DNA of 64,000 bases from an uncultured bacterium (lineage in GTDB: Bacteria > Chloroflexota > Dormibacteria > Aeolococcales > Aeolococcaceae), in assembly GCA_963716555.1 (NCBI GenBank), contig CAVQTJ010000018.1, positions 392,413-456,412 on the forward strand, in the 5' to 3' direction. Numbering within the stretch: the stretch's first letter is position 1; each line of letters opens with the position of its first letter. The notes beneath the pieces were generated by a model. The model was given only the letters and a program-made list of their open reading frames with translations, was not told the origin of the DNA and did no database searches. The translations under genes and the position numbers were made by a program. This document shows, piece after piece, positions 37,102 through 47,203 of this stretch.

Positions 37102-37866
37102 TCAGGCGGCGGACGATGCCGGTGCGGCTGCGCGACTGCTGCGCACCGCGGCGCCGAAACGCGCATCACACCGCGGACACTCGGTCAGGTGGCCCTCGAG
37201 AGCGCGGAGCCGGTCCTTGCGCAGCGATGCCAGGCGCAGGTTCTCGAACACGAAGACCGCCTCCCGGCATTCCGCGGGCAGCGATGCCCCCGCCTCGACG
37301 TTGACGTACGCCGTCCTGAAACTCTCTCGGGCGCGGTGGAGGAGGCCCTGAACCGAGCCGCAGGTGATGCCCAGAGCGGCCGCTGCCTCGGCCTCGGAGT
37401 GTCCCATCACGTCGCGCAGGATCAGAACATCACGCTGTCGATCGGGCACCGAGAGGATGGCGGCGCGGACCAATCGGCGGGTCACGTTCAGCTCCAGCGC
37501 CTCTTCGGGGCGGGCGCTGCGATCCTCGTCGATGGCGGTGCTCATCGCCAGCTCCGACGCGGCGGCACCGAGATGGGCCTGCGCCCGCCGGGTCCGGCGG
37601 CGCAGCTCATCGATACAGAGGTTGGCCGCCACCCGGTGGGTCCAAGCACCGATGTCGCTGTCCCCAGGCATCCCGGAGATCTTCTCGAACGTCTGGCAGA
37701 AGGTGTCTTGGAGGACGTCCTCGACGGTCTCCCAGTCGTGCAGGTAGTTCCAGCACATTCCGCGAAGCCGGTCGCTCAGCATCAGCAGATCGAGGACCCC
37801 TCGATCGCCGGTTGGAAGCGGCCGCCGGGAGGCAGCATCCTCCGCGCTATGCGAGTACTCGATCAC
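37102..37866 (-). CDS. ECF-type sigma-70 factor with a C-terminal zf-HC2 (anti-sigma-like) extension.
   Basis: Region 2 is 'DVLQDTFCQTFEKI'. The region 4 HTH is 'RQRDVLILRDVMGHSEAEAAAALGITCGSVQGLLHRARESFR'. About 60 further aa follow, containing 'ECREAVFVFENLRLASLRKDRLRALEGHLTECPRCDARF', which is the HLxxCxxC pattern of an anti-sigma N-domain. Confidence 0.75.
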   Translation of the reverse strand: MIEYSHSAEDAASRRPLPTGDRGVLDLLMLSDRLRGMCWNYLHDWETVEDVLQDTFCQTFEKISGMPGDSDIGAWTHRVAANLCIDELRRRTRRAQAHLGAAASELAMSTAIDEDRSARPEEALELNVTRRLVRAAILSVPDRQRDVLILRDVMGHSEAEAAAALGITCGSVQGLLHRARESFRTAYVNVEAGASLPAECREAVFVFENLRLASLRKDRLRALEGHLTECPRCDARFGAAVRSSRAAAPASSAA

Positions 37867-38117
37867 GAGCTTTCCCCCACGAGCCAGCCCCCTGAAGTCT
37901 CTTCCTCTGCAGGGCAGAGTACGTCATCCGGGTGGGTGTTGTCATCAGGGAAGACCGTGACGTCACCGGTCAGGCTGGGCAGCCCTCCCAATCAGACCGG
38001 GACAGTCCCGATCCGATCTTTTCCGTTCGCGGGGGGTCCCATTGGACATGCGCGACTGCCTCCGTGACAACCCGCGAGTCCCCCATGTGAACAGCCCTGC
38101 TCAGAGATGACGAAGAA

Positions 38118-40858
38118 TCATGGTTTACCGTGACTCTCGACCGCATCCTCCGCCGTCAGGGCCGCCGCCAGCTCCATCCGGGATCGCACACTCAGCTTGG
38201 TGAACACTCTCTGGAGGTGGGTCTCGACCGTGTTGACCGTCACCGAGAGCGACGCGGCGATCTGCCGGTTGGTGCGGCCCCGAGATGCGAGCTCGGCAAC
38301 CCGGCGCTCTCGCGGGGTCAGCTCCATCCCTGAGGTGACCCGGCGCGAGCGCGCTCCCCCCGCCGCCGCGAGCTCGTCGCGGAGCTGTCCAACGAGAAGA
38401 TCGGCTCCGGCGTGCTCGGCTCGGCGCAGGCCCTGGGCCAGCGGGCTTCGGGACTCCACCCGGCGCCCGGTGCGGCGCAGCAACCGGCCCAGCTGGAGCA
38501 GGCCCGCGATCCGGTCCACCTCCAGCCCGCCCGCGTCCGCGGCGCGGATCGCGGCGCGAAGGCCCGCCTCCGCGGCGGGCAGGTCGCCCTCCAGCTCGGC
38601 GAGGATCGCCCGCCCCTGGGCGGCTGCCATTCGCGGCCAGCTGCAGGGCAGGCGGGCGGCGGCCGCTTCCAGCCTCTCGGTGAGCCGGGTGGCGGCGGTC
38701 ACATCGGAGGAGCCGGCATGAGCCTCGATGGCCCGCAGACCCCAGGGGACGACGCACGGCTCCTCCATGCCGAGGCGTTCGGCGATGCGCTCCACCTCTC
38801 GGTAGCCGGTGGCCGCCCTCTGCGGGTCGCCCACAGCCAGGTACCGCTGCGCTCTCACATGGGAGACCCAGAGGGCGGCCAGCGGTTCCTCACCGATCCG
38901 CGTCGCCACCAGCGCGGCTTGGCAGGCTTCCTCGCTCTCCTCGAGTCGACCCTGCTGGAAAAGGATCGCGGCCCGGAGCGCGGCGGCTCGGGCCCGGATC
39001 CCCGGCGCCGCCTCGGCGGACCGCTCAGCCGCCGTGACCAGCGAGGCCGCGTCGTCGAGGCGGCCCAGGCGGAGCCTGGCGTCGGCCCGGGTGACCATGA
39101 GCTGAGCCGCGGCGAGGGGGGCGCCCTCGTGGCGGGCGATGGTCGCCATCACCTGCAGGAAACTGTCCGCGTCTGCCGATTGCCCCGCGTAGATCGCCAC
39201 CGCTCCGAAGAGCTCCGCACTCCCCAGCGGCATGGCCAGCGCGTCGGGGCGCCGCCGTGGATCCTCGAGGCCGCGCCAGGCGGGATCGTTGTGGGCCGCC
39301 GGGCCGGGGGCGTTGCCGGCGACGCTCGCAAGGTAGGCTGCGACCGCCGCCACCCGGGCCCGGCTGGTCTGATCCGGGCATCGTGCCTCGGCCTCGGTCA
39401 GGGCGCGCTGGGTGGCGGGTACGCCGCTCTGCTGCCACAGCATCAGGGCGTGACCGACGAGGCCCTGCACCGCCAGCTCGGGGGCCGAAGAGCCGGCCAC
39501 CTCAGCGGCGCGCAGGTAGTGGCTCGCGGCGCTGGTTCGCCTCCCCGAAGCGCAGCAGGCGTCGGCGAGGGTCAGAAGGACGCGCGCCCGCGCCGCGTCG
39601 TCGGGGATCTCACCGTAGCGCTGGAGCCTCTGGAGCACGCTGCCGGCAGCCACCGGCCGGCCCGACAGCAGCAGTGTCTGGCCGAGCGAGAGGCGAAGAT
39701 CGAAGCTCGCCGAGGCGCCGGCCAGCTCGACCGCTGCTCGGAAGTGCCGCGCCGCAGCGACGGTGGACCCGTCCTCGAGGGCCTTGGCCGCCGCCCGGCG
39801 GACGATGTCGACGGCCCCATCGACCTCGAACAGATCGGCGCTCAGGGCGTGGTCGGCCGCCCGGGATTCGAGCCCGCGACGAGCCAGCGCTGCGAACGCC
39901 CGAGCATGGAAGCGCCGGCGCATCGGCAGCGAGAGGTCGGCGTACAGCGCCTCGCGCAGCAGCGGCTGCGCGAAGTCGAGTGATAGGTCGGACGACTCTC
40001 GAAGGACACCGGCCTGGCAGAGGGTGTCCAGCGCGCTGTCACCCGGCGCTCCATCCATCCGCGCGATCTCGGTGACGAGGTCGGAAGCGAATGGCGCCTC
40101 GAGGACCGTGGCCGCCTGTGCGCATTGCACCGAATCGGGATCGAGCCCGGCCAGAAAAGACCTGACCGTGGTTGGTGAGAGGCGGATGGCCGCCTCTGCG
40201 CCGGCGCCGTTGCTCAACCCGCTCAACGCGCGGACCGCATCGGAAAGGACCAGTGGATTGCCGCCGCAGCTGCGCCAGACCGTCTCGACGGTCGCGTCGC
40301 TCAGCTCGCGGGCGCGTTCCCGGAGGACCCCCGCCGCCTCGGTCAACGTGAGCGGTTCGAGGTCCACGGCGGTGGCCATCCGGTCTCGGCTCAGCTCGGC
40401 GCTGAGGTTGGCCGCACCGGCCGGCCAGGGGCGGAGGGTGGCCATCAATCCCACCCCCATGGATTCGGTGCGCCGGAAGAGGTAGCTGAGCACGGCGAGC
40501 AACTCCAGGTCTGCCCACTGGAGGTCGTCAACTCCGACCAGGGTCGGGCCCGACCAGCGCTGCTCCAACCGGCGGGCCAGCCGCTGAGCGGCGGCGACCC
40601 CTCCGGCTCCGTCACCGTCGGGGCCGGAGCCTGAGGAGCCGAGCAGCTGACGGGCGAGGGCCAACGGCCATTCCTGTTCCAGGGCCGCGGCTCGGACGAT
40701 CACCACCTCGAGCCCGGCACGACGCGCAGCCTCGGCGGTCTCGCTCAGAAGGCTGGTCTTGCCCAGCCCCGCACGGCCGACGATGAAGAGGCCACCACCT
40801 CGCCCGGCGCGCACCCCCGCCACCAGCGCAGACGCCGCCGCCACAGCCTCAGCCATGT
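38118..40858 (-). CDS. LAL/MalT-type large ATP-binding LuxR-family regulator. The probable start is M at 'MAEAVAAAS'; the ORF track extends it to 41054.
   Basis: N-terminal P-loop 'GLFIVGRAGLGKTSLL', a long TPR-like helical middle, and the C-terminal LuxR HTH 'LTPRERRVAELASRGRTNRQIAASLSVTVNTVETHLQRVFTKLSV'. Confidence 0.8.
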
Positions 40859-40916
40859 CCCAGATACCGTCCCCCGCGGCGCATCTACTCTCGCCCGCCA
40901 TTCTCGCATAGCAGGC

Positions 40917-40951
40917 GCTTTTCCACACCCTGGAAGGGCTTTTCCACACCC
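40917..40951. promoter_or_regulatory. Two 14-bp direct repeats GCTTTTCCACACCC with a 21-bp period, in the divergent region between the LAL regulator and the EPS operon.
   Basis: Seen directly: GCTTTTCCACACCC tggaagg GCTTTTCCACACCC. Confidence 0.45.
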
Positions 40952-41088
40952 CGAGTGGGAGGGGTGAGGCTCGTGGGCCGGCCGGCTCCCGGTCGGGCGC
41001 GCCCTCGCCCGATGGGGGAGGACATTCGCCCAGGTTGTAACGGAAACTTCCCATCGCGTCACGAAACGGTGGCAGTCACCATGGAGAG

Positions 41089-42594
41089 GTGATCACTGAG
41101 GGTGAGGTCTCCCTGCTGGGAGTGCCGGTCACGCAGCATCGGCTGCGGCTCAGCGCCGTACCGGCGCTGGCTGCCGGCAACCCGGTGACCAGGATCTCCT
41201 CGCGACAGTGGCGGTCGGCGCTGATGACCGCAGATCTCGGCGCCGGCCTGGGGGCGGCGCTCGCCGCCGTCGTCGGCCGCTTCGGGGTCGACGAGCCGCT
41301 CGGCCCCAGCGGGCCGTACGTGGCACTGATCATCGCGGGCCCCCTGGCATGGGTCTGCCTCTTGATCATGAGCGGCGTCTACGACGAGCGCCGCATCGGC
41401 ACCGGTGGCGCCGAGTTCGGCCGGATCGCCAACGCCGCGCTGTACATGGTGGCGGCGATCGTCGCAGCCTCCTATGTCACCCGCAGCGACATGTCCCGAA
41501 CCGTCACCGCCGTCACCGTGGTCGCGATGGGCGCTCTCACCCTGGCCGTGCACCTCACCGGGCGATTGTTGCTGCGCCGGCGCATCCGGGGTGGGGGGGC
41601 CATCCACCGCGCCGTGGTGGTCGGGCCGGCTCCGGAGGTGCGCGACTTCGTCGACCACCTTGAACGGGTCTCCCATTCCGGGCTCAAGGTGGTCGGCATC
41701 TGCCTTGCGGAAGCCGAGCGGGCGGGCTCCGACGAGCCGGCGGCGACCTCCGCAAGCACCGTCGATGACATCATCCAGGCCGCGCGGCGTGCCGGAGCAG
41801 ACACCATCGCGGTCACCGGGTCGGGGGTTCTCAGTGGCGCCGAGTTGCGCCGCCTCTCCTGGGATCTCGAGGGTACCGGTCTGCGCCTCCTGGTCGCCCC
41901 TGGGGCCACCGAGCTGGCCGGGCCGCGCCTCCTGGTGCACCTGGTCGGGGGCCTGCCCCTGCTCCGCGTCAAGGAGGCTGACTTCTCGGGTCCGAGCTGG
42001 CTGCTCAAGTCGTCGCTCGACCGCTTCACCGCCCTCTTGCTCTGCACCGTGCTGAGCCCGCTGCTGGTCGGGATCGCCGTGGCCATCCGGCTGACCAGCC
42101 CGGGTCCGATCCTCTTCCGGCAGTCCCGCGTGGGCCTCCACGGCAGGGATTTCTCGATGCTCAAGTTCCGGACCATGCGCGACGGGGCTGAGGCCGACGC
42201 CGAGAACCTGCGCGAGCTCAACGAGCACGACGGCGTGCTGTTCAAGATCCGCGAGGACCCACGGGTCACCGGGGTGGGGCGATTCCTTCGTCGCTACTCC
42301 CTCGACGAGCTGCCCCAGCTGTTCAACGTCATCGGGGGCTCGATGTCGCTGATCGGACCACGCCCCCCGCTGCGCTCCGAGGTGGAGCGCTACCCACTCG
42401 ACCTCCGGCGCCGCCGGCTTCTGGTGAAGCCGGGGATGACCGGGCTGTGGCAGGTGAGCGGGCGTGCCGACCTCTCCTGGGAGGAGACCGTCCGCCTCGA
42501 CCTGCAGTACGTCGAGAACTGGTCGGTGCTTCTCGATGCGGTGGTGCTCTGGAAGACGTTCCGAGCGGTGGTCACCGGCCGCGGCGCGTACTGA
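41089..42594 (+). CDS. Polyprenyl-phosphate hexose-1-phosphate transferase (WbaP/WcaJ-type priming sugar transferase, PF02397).
   Basis: N-terminal TM helices and a CoA-binding-like domain, then the catalytic 'GPRPPL', 'SMLKFRTM', 'KPGMTGLWQVSGR' and 'DLQYVENWSVLLD'. Confidence 0.85.
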   Translation: MITEGEVSLLGVPVTQHRLRLSAVPALAAGNPVTRISSRQWRSALMTADLGAGLGAALAAVVGRFGVDEPLGPSGPYVALIIAGPLAWVCLLIMSGVYDERRIGTGGAEFGRIANAALYMVAAIVAASYVTRSDMSRTVTAVTVVAMGALTLAVHLTGRLLLRRRIRGGGAIHRAVVVGPAPEVRDFVDHLERVSHSGLKVVGICLAEAERAGSDEPAATSASTVDDIIQAARRAGADTIAVTGSGVLSGAELRRLSWDLEGTGLRLLVAPGATELAGPRLLVHLVGGLPLLRVKEADFSGPSWLLKSSLDRFTALLLCTVLSPLLVGIAVAIRLTSPGPILFRQSRVGLHGRDFSMLKFRTMRDGAEADAENLRELNEHDGVLFKIREDPRVTGVGRFLRRYSLDELPQLFNVIGGSMSLIGPRPPLRSEVERYPLDLRRRRLLVKPGMTGLWQVSGRADLSWEETVRLDLQYVENWSVLLDAVVLWKTFRAVVTGRGAY

Positions 42595-42606
42595 GGCCGG
42601 ACCGCG

Positions 42607-43287
42607 GTGCTCTGGCTCAACGGGCGGGAACAGCATCCCGACATCGCCATTGTCGGAGACAGCCTGACCGTCGGCGAGCACGCCTCGTCCCCTTTCCGGT
42701 CCTACCCACGCTTGGTCCACGCCGCCCTGAGCGCCGACGCCAATCGACGGCTGAGCTTCCGGGTGACCGCGGTGAGCGGAGCCAGAGTCGTCGACCTGGC
42801 GGGGCGAGAGCTCCCGATTGCGAGACGTGTGGCGATTGTCGAGGCCGGCACCAACGACTGGCTGGGTCAGCGGCCCGCCGGGCCCTGCCCGCCGACCGAG
42901 CTGGATGCGTTCGCGGCCGGCTACTGTCAGCTGCTGGATCGGGTCGACGATGGCCGCGCCGCCGCCCTGGTGTGCCTCGGCATCTGGGGGCCCAAAGGGC
43001 AGCGCGGCCGGATCGGCGGTCGCCTGGCCGAATACGAGGCGGCGATCAGCGCAGCCTGCGAGGTGCGTGGTGGCGTCATGGTCACTCTCTCCCCGGTGTA
43101 CGAGGAGGCCGCCGCACGTGGCCCGGCGGAGCGGCGGACACCATTCGGGGTCTCCGACGAGATGCACCCCAATGACCAGGGCCACGCCCGCATTGCCGAG
43201 CTGGTCATCGATGCCGTCCGGGAGGCCCTGTCACCCCACCGTCCGATCGTCACCCCGGAGGTGGAGTCGGCCGCTGCCGCCGGCTGA
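42607..43287 (+). CDS. SGNH/GDSL-family hydrolase.
   Basis: Block I is 'IVGDSLT', block III is 'GTNDW' and block V is 'DEMHPNDQGH'. Confidence 0.75.
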   Translation: MLWLNGREQHPDIAIVGDSLTVGEHASSPFRSYPRLVHAALSADANRRLSFRVTAVSGARVVDLAGRELPIARRVAIVEAGTNDWLGQRPAGPCPPTELDAFAAGYCQLLDRVDDGRAAALVCLGIWGPKGQRGRIGGRLAEYEAAISAACEVRGGVMVTLSPVYEEAAARGPAERRTPFGVSDEMHPNDQGHARIAELVIDAVREALSPHRPIVTPEVESAAAAG

Positions 43288-43298
43288 TCCGGGTTGGC

Positions 43299-44438
43299 TC
43301 AACCGGTCGCGTCCAGGCGAGAGGCGAAGCGCGGCCGCGATGAACTCCGTGCCGCCGTGGCCGGGGCGCCGAGAACCTCGAGACAAACCGCGGTGACCTC
43401 GGCGGTGCTGAGCCGATCCAGTCCGAGCACGCCGCGGCATGCAGGTGACTCGCACCCGGACAGCACTCCCCACCGTCCCAGCTCGCACCAGCTTCCCGCC
43501 GTGCGGCTGCCACCCGGCTGAAGAATGCGGCGAATCGGGCCCTCCACCATCCCGGTGTAGCGGGCGTCCTCGGGACCGAAGAGCACCACGCTCGGGGTCC
43601 CGACGGCGTCCGCGACCGATGCCGCGGCGCTGCTCACGCAGACCAGGAGATCCAGGCGGCGGATGACCTCGACCAGGGCGCCGAAGCTGGTGCGACCGGC
43701 TGCGCTGATCGGCGGCCGTGGCATCGCCCTCACGACCTCGGCCTGCAGCGCCAGCTCGTTGGAGGAGCCGGTGAGAACGATCCGGGCGCTGGCGTGGTCC
43801 TGAAGTGCCGTGGCCACCTCGGCGAAGCGCTCCGGCAGCCACTGCTGACATGACCAGTCCGAGCCAGGGTGGATGCCAACGAGAGGCCCCGAACCGCTCC
43901 CGATCAGGGTCTCCGCGGCCGCGACGTCGTCTGCTGTGGTGGGCAGCTCGACCGGCCCCCCGTCCTCCGGCACACCGAGGGCAGCCAGGACCCGCGCATT
44001 CTCCCGCCGCGCGAACTCAGGCTCAGTCGGCAGCGGGATCCGCTCTCTGAAGGTCTCCGAGCCATAGGCGAGGCCGGCGCGGATGGGGGATCCGACGGCA
44101 TCGGCGAGGAGGTGCATGGCGCGGACGCCGTTGTGGAGGACGACGGTTGCGTCGTACCGCGCCGGACGCAGCCGCGCGGCCAGAGCGGCGACCAGGGCCG
44201 CCTTTTCCACTCGAGCGAGCGGCTGCCCCTTGCGACGGAAGTCTCCCCATTGCAGCAGCCGGTCGACATGGGGCGAGCGACCGAGGATGGGCTCAGCGCA
44301 ACGGAGTCCAAGCACATCGATCCGCGACCCCGGGAGCGCCTCTCGAAGGCTGCGCAACGCTGGCGTGGCTGCCATGCTGTCGCCCAGATGGCCATAGGCG
44401 ATGATCAGAACCCTGCGGCACCCGGCCAGCTGGCTCAT
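43299..44438 (-). CDS. Glycosyltransferase family 9 (heptosyltransferase-like).
   Basis: 'RVLIIAYGHLGDSMAATPALRSLR' at the N-terminus and 'LDLLVCVSSAAASVADAVGTPSVVLFGP' at the C-terminus are typical of GT9. Confidence 0.7.
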   Translation of the reverse strand: MSQLAGCRRVLIIAYGHLGDSMAATPALRSLREALPGSRIDVLGLRCAEPILGRSPHVDRLLQWGDFRRKGQPLARVEKAALVAALAARLRPARYDATVVLHNGVRAMHLLADAVGSPIRAGLAYGSETFRERIPLPTEPEFARRENARVLAALGVPEDGGPVELPTTADDVAAAETLIGSGSGPLVGIHPGSDWSCQQWLPERFAEVATALQDHASARIVLTGSSNELALQAEVVRAMPRPPISAAGRTSFGALVEVIRRLDLLVCVSSAAASVADAVGTPSVVLFGPEDARYTGMVEGPIRRILQPGGSRTAGSWCELGRWGVLSGCESPACRGVLGLDRLSTAEVTAVCLEVLGAPATAARSSSRPRFASRLDATG

Positions 44439-44466
44439 CGGCGTACCAGGCGCCCAAGCCGCTCGC

Positions 44467-46218
44467 TCAGCGCCACAGCCCCACTGCCACCTTCAGCACC
44501 TGGGCCAGGCGGCCTGCGCGGCCGCAATCAGCGGCCTCCAGGGCTGCGATCAGCAGCCGGCTTCTGGCCGAGAGGGGTTGAGGACGGCAAACTCCGCACC
44601 CACCGGGACGATGCCCGATCTCTTCGGCGACCGCCTGGGCAAATCCCCGCTGAGCGGATCCATTCACCGTCCTGATGCCGGAGCTGCGCAGGGCCTCGGC
44701 GGAGTTGGCAGGGGCGTAGGCCCGCCTGGCAAGCCGCAGCATCGGCAGGTCGGCTTCAGTGTCGCCGATCGCCATCTCGAGCTGATCACCGGCATGCATC
44801 CGCTCGAGCAGGCGCCGGAGCCCCGACGCCTTGTCAACTCCGAGAGGAAGGAAGTCGACCTGGGAAGTTCCGATGACCGGGGTGACGGCGCCATTGGCAT
44901 GCCCGACGGCGCCAGCGACGATGTCGTCGGGCAACCTGCGCCGAACACCCTCGCCGTCGACGCTGTAGGCACGTGCAACGTGCTCATAGCCGGCATCGAC
45001 GTGAACGGGCTGGGTGCGCAGCCAGCCTCGGACGGCCTCGACCGTATGATCCGCGCGGCTGTCGGTCAGTACCTCGGCGCCGCCTGGCTCGTGCACATAT
45101 GTGACAGCTCCATATTCGGCGACGCCCCCAGCCAGCCGGAAGGCCTCGCAGCGCTCCCTGATCTCGGGCAGAGTGCGACCACTCACCAGTACGGCTCGAC
45201 GGCCATGTTTGGCCAGGGCACGCAAGCCGAGCGCCGCCACGGGGGTCATCACCGGGTAGCCCGTGGGCCAGCCCCAGGTACCGGTCTCCAGAACCCCGTC
45301 GATGTCGATGGCGCAAATCGGCCCCCCAGCTGGGGCGGTCAGGTCGGCGAAATAGACCGCGGACAGATACTCCTGGTGCACCCGGGACAGGGCCCGACGC
45401 ACCAACTCGACCTCGACGACCATCTTTCGACGCTCTTCGTCATCCAGATCAGAGACTATCCAAGCCCAACCGAGCTTGGCCAGATAGGCCGTCAGGTGGA
45501 CCGTGCGAAGAAGCAGCCATCGCTCATCATCGATGATCTCCCCGCCCGCGAGCGTATAGCCGCGGCGCACCGCCTCAGAGAAGCCCGGCTGCTCCCTGAG
45601 CACCATGCACGAATCGGCGGCGGCGATCGCAACGTCGAGGGCCGGGTCGCTCGAGTAGGTCTCCAAACCCCGCTCGTCGTAGTCGACCTTCACGGCCGAT
45701 GCTCCAGCTCCGTACCAGCGGTTCAGAGCCATGCTGCCATCGATGACGGCCGGAACCGCGGGCCGAAGCAGTCGCCTACTCGCAGCGTAGAGGAAAGGGC
45801 GAGCCAGCAGCCGACTGGTTTGGAATGGCGGCTGCAGCCAATCGGCGGCGAGTCGCCAAGCTGGAAGCCATTCACCCAGCCTCTCGGTCGGATCGGACGC
45901 GAGGCGGAGGTGATCGCGACGGGCGACTGCATAAGCTGCCACCCGACTGGCCAGGTCGGGCGCGGCGATCGATTCCGCGCTCAATGCCTCGGTCTCCGGC
46001 AGGTATCCCCGGAAGAGGCAGCCGCCTTCAATTCCATAGACCGGTGGATGGAACTCAGTCAGGGGATCGCTCAGGGCGAGCGAATGAACCCCGAAATGAC
46101 CGAAGCCAACGCCCTTCACGTAGATCTCGGCGTCGTGCAGCCGGCTGGATTCGCTCTCGGTCAGTCGGACCTGATACCTGCCCCGCACATGACGTCGAAG
46201 TCGCGATCCGCCCTTCAT
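44467..46218 (-). CDS. Two-domain protein: an unknown N-terminal ~330-aa domain fused to a C-terminal HAD-IIB phosphatase domain. The start is probably M at 'MKGGSRL'.
   Basis: The HAD motifs are 'ICAIDIDGVLE' (DxD), 'VLVSGRT', and 'IGDTEADLPMLRLA'. The N-terminal half has no motif I recognise. Confidence 0.55.
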   Translation of the reverse strand: MKGGSRLRRHVRGRYQVRLTESESSRLHDAEIYVKGVGFGHFGVHSLALSDPLTEFHPPVYGIEGGCLFRGYLPETEALSAESIAAPDLASRVAAYAVARRDHLRLASDPTERLGEWLPAWRLAADWLQPPFQTSRLLARPFLYAASRRLLRPAVPAVIDGSMALNRWYGAGASAVKVDYDERGLETYSSDPALDVAIAAADSCMVLREQPGFSEAVRRGYTLAGGEIIDDERWLLLRTVHLTAYLAKLGWAWIVSDLDDEERRKMVVEVELVRRALSRVHQEYLSAVYFADLTAPAGGPICAIDIDGVLETGTWGWPTGYPVMTPVAALGLRALAKHGRRAVLVSGRTLPEIRERCEAFRLAGGVAEYGAVTYVHEPGGAEVLTDSRADHTVEAVRGWLRTQPVHVDAGYEHVARAYSVDGEGVRRRLPDDIVAGAVGHANGAVTPVIGTSQVDFLPLGVDKASGLRRLLERMHAGDQLEMAIGDTEADLPMLRLARRAYAPANSAEALRSSGIRTVNGSAQRGFAQAVAEEIGHRPGGCGVCRPQPLSARSRLLIAALEAADCGRAGRLAQVLKVAVGLWR

Positions 46219-46219
46219 G

Positions 46220-47203
46220 TCAGGCACCGGGAGCAGGGGCAATTGGCGCATGCTGACGACGGCGCCCACTGTGACCCAGGTGCGGCCTCCGTCTGGTCTC
46301 ACGATCTCGAACTCGGCGCCCGATCAACAGCCGGGCAAGGCTCTCTTGCACCGCGCTGACCTCCAGCTCGCGGTGAATGGCCCATTCCGTCCACGGGAGC
46401 ACGACCGCCTGGAAGGAGCGGAGGCCCTCGGGCAGCTGCTGCTCACCCTTGCCGTACATGACCGGGACCAGCAGGACCATCCCTGCCTCGGGCACTCCCA
46501 CGGCGGCCACCTGCTGCGCGACTGAGCGGTAGGTCCGCCCACTGACCGGCGAGTCGTCGATGACAAGAACCAGGCCCGATCCGGCCGCCGCGCGCATTCG
46601 CCGTGCCTGACGTGCCCCAAACCCGCGATCCGGGCGACAGCTGAGCTCCTCGACGTGGGTGAATCCCAGCCGCCGCAGGGCCGCCCCCACCAATGGAGCG
46701 AGGTAGCTCCCGGATGTCCTGACGCCGAGGACGATGAGTGGCCGGCTCCGCTCGCTCCAAGTCACCGCAAATGCCTCCGCCAGCGCCACGCAGTCGGCTG
46801 GCTTCTGGTCCGCGGAGCGGAAGCAGGCGGGCAGGCGCAGGATCTCGCCTCTGAGCGCGCGCGGAAGCCGGGAAACGCGCCGGACGAGCGACTTCACCGC
46901 CTCCGCGAACCGGGCGCCGTCGGCGAAGGCATCTCCGTCCACGACGGCGTCGGCGGCAAGGCTGACGACCCTCTCGGCCTCTGCCTGCCAGGCGGCGAGG
47001 CGACGATCACCGATGCCCATGGCGCGGAGCCGGAGTCCGCCTCGCCGGCCCCATTCCACAGTCGAGGCGAGCATCGGCGATCTCCGCCGCACGAGCGCGA
47101 TGACCTTTCGCGTCCCGGCGAGGTCCCGCTGGAGGTGGTCTTCGGCGACCTGATTCAAACCGGCGAGACGGAGAAAGGCATTCGCCCAGTCCTCTTGCCG
47201 CAC
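46220..47203 (-). CDS. Phosphoribosyltransferase-domain (PRT type I) protein.
   Basis: 'LVLVIDDSPVSGRTYRSV' is the PRPP-binding loop, and 'LIVLGVRTSGSYLAPLVGAAL' precedes it. 327 aa. Confidence 0.55.
   Translation of the reverse strand: MRQEDWANAFLRLAGLNQVAEDHLQRDLAGTRKVIALVRRRSPMLASTVEWGRRGGLRLRAMGIGDRRLAAWQAEAERVVSLAADAVVDGDAFADGARFAEAVKSLVRRVSRLPRALRGEILRLPACFRSADQKPADCVALAEAFAVTWSERSRPLIVLGVRTSGSYLAPLVGAALRRLGFTHVEELSCRPDRGFGARQARRMRAAAGSGLVLVIDDSPVSGRTYRSVAQQVAAVGVPEAGMVLLVPVMYGKGEQQLPEGLRSFQAVVLPWTEWAIHRELEVSAVQESLARLLIGRRVRDRETRRRPHLGHSGRRRQHAPIAPAPGA

Noticed and set aside
38412-39983. 523-aa + strand ORF
   Set aside because: It is antisense to the LAL regulator.
41059-43185. 708-aa - strand ORF
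   Set aside because: It is antisense to the priming sugar transferase and SGNH hydrolase genes.
44401-46359. 652-aa + strand ORF
   Set aside because: It is antisense to the HAD-fusion gene.
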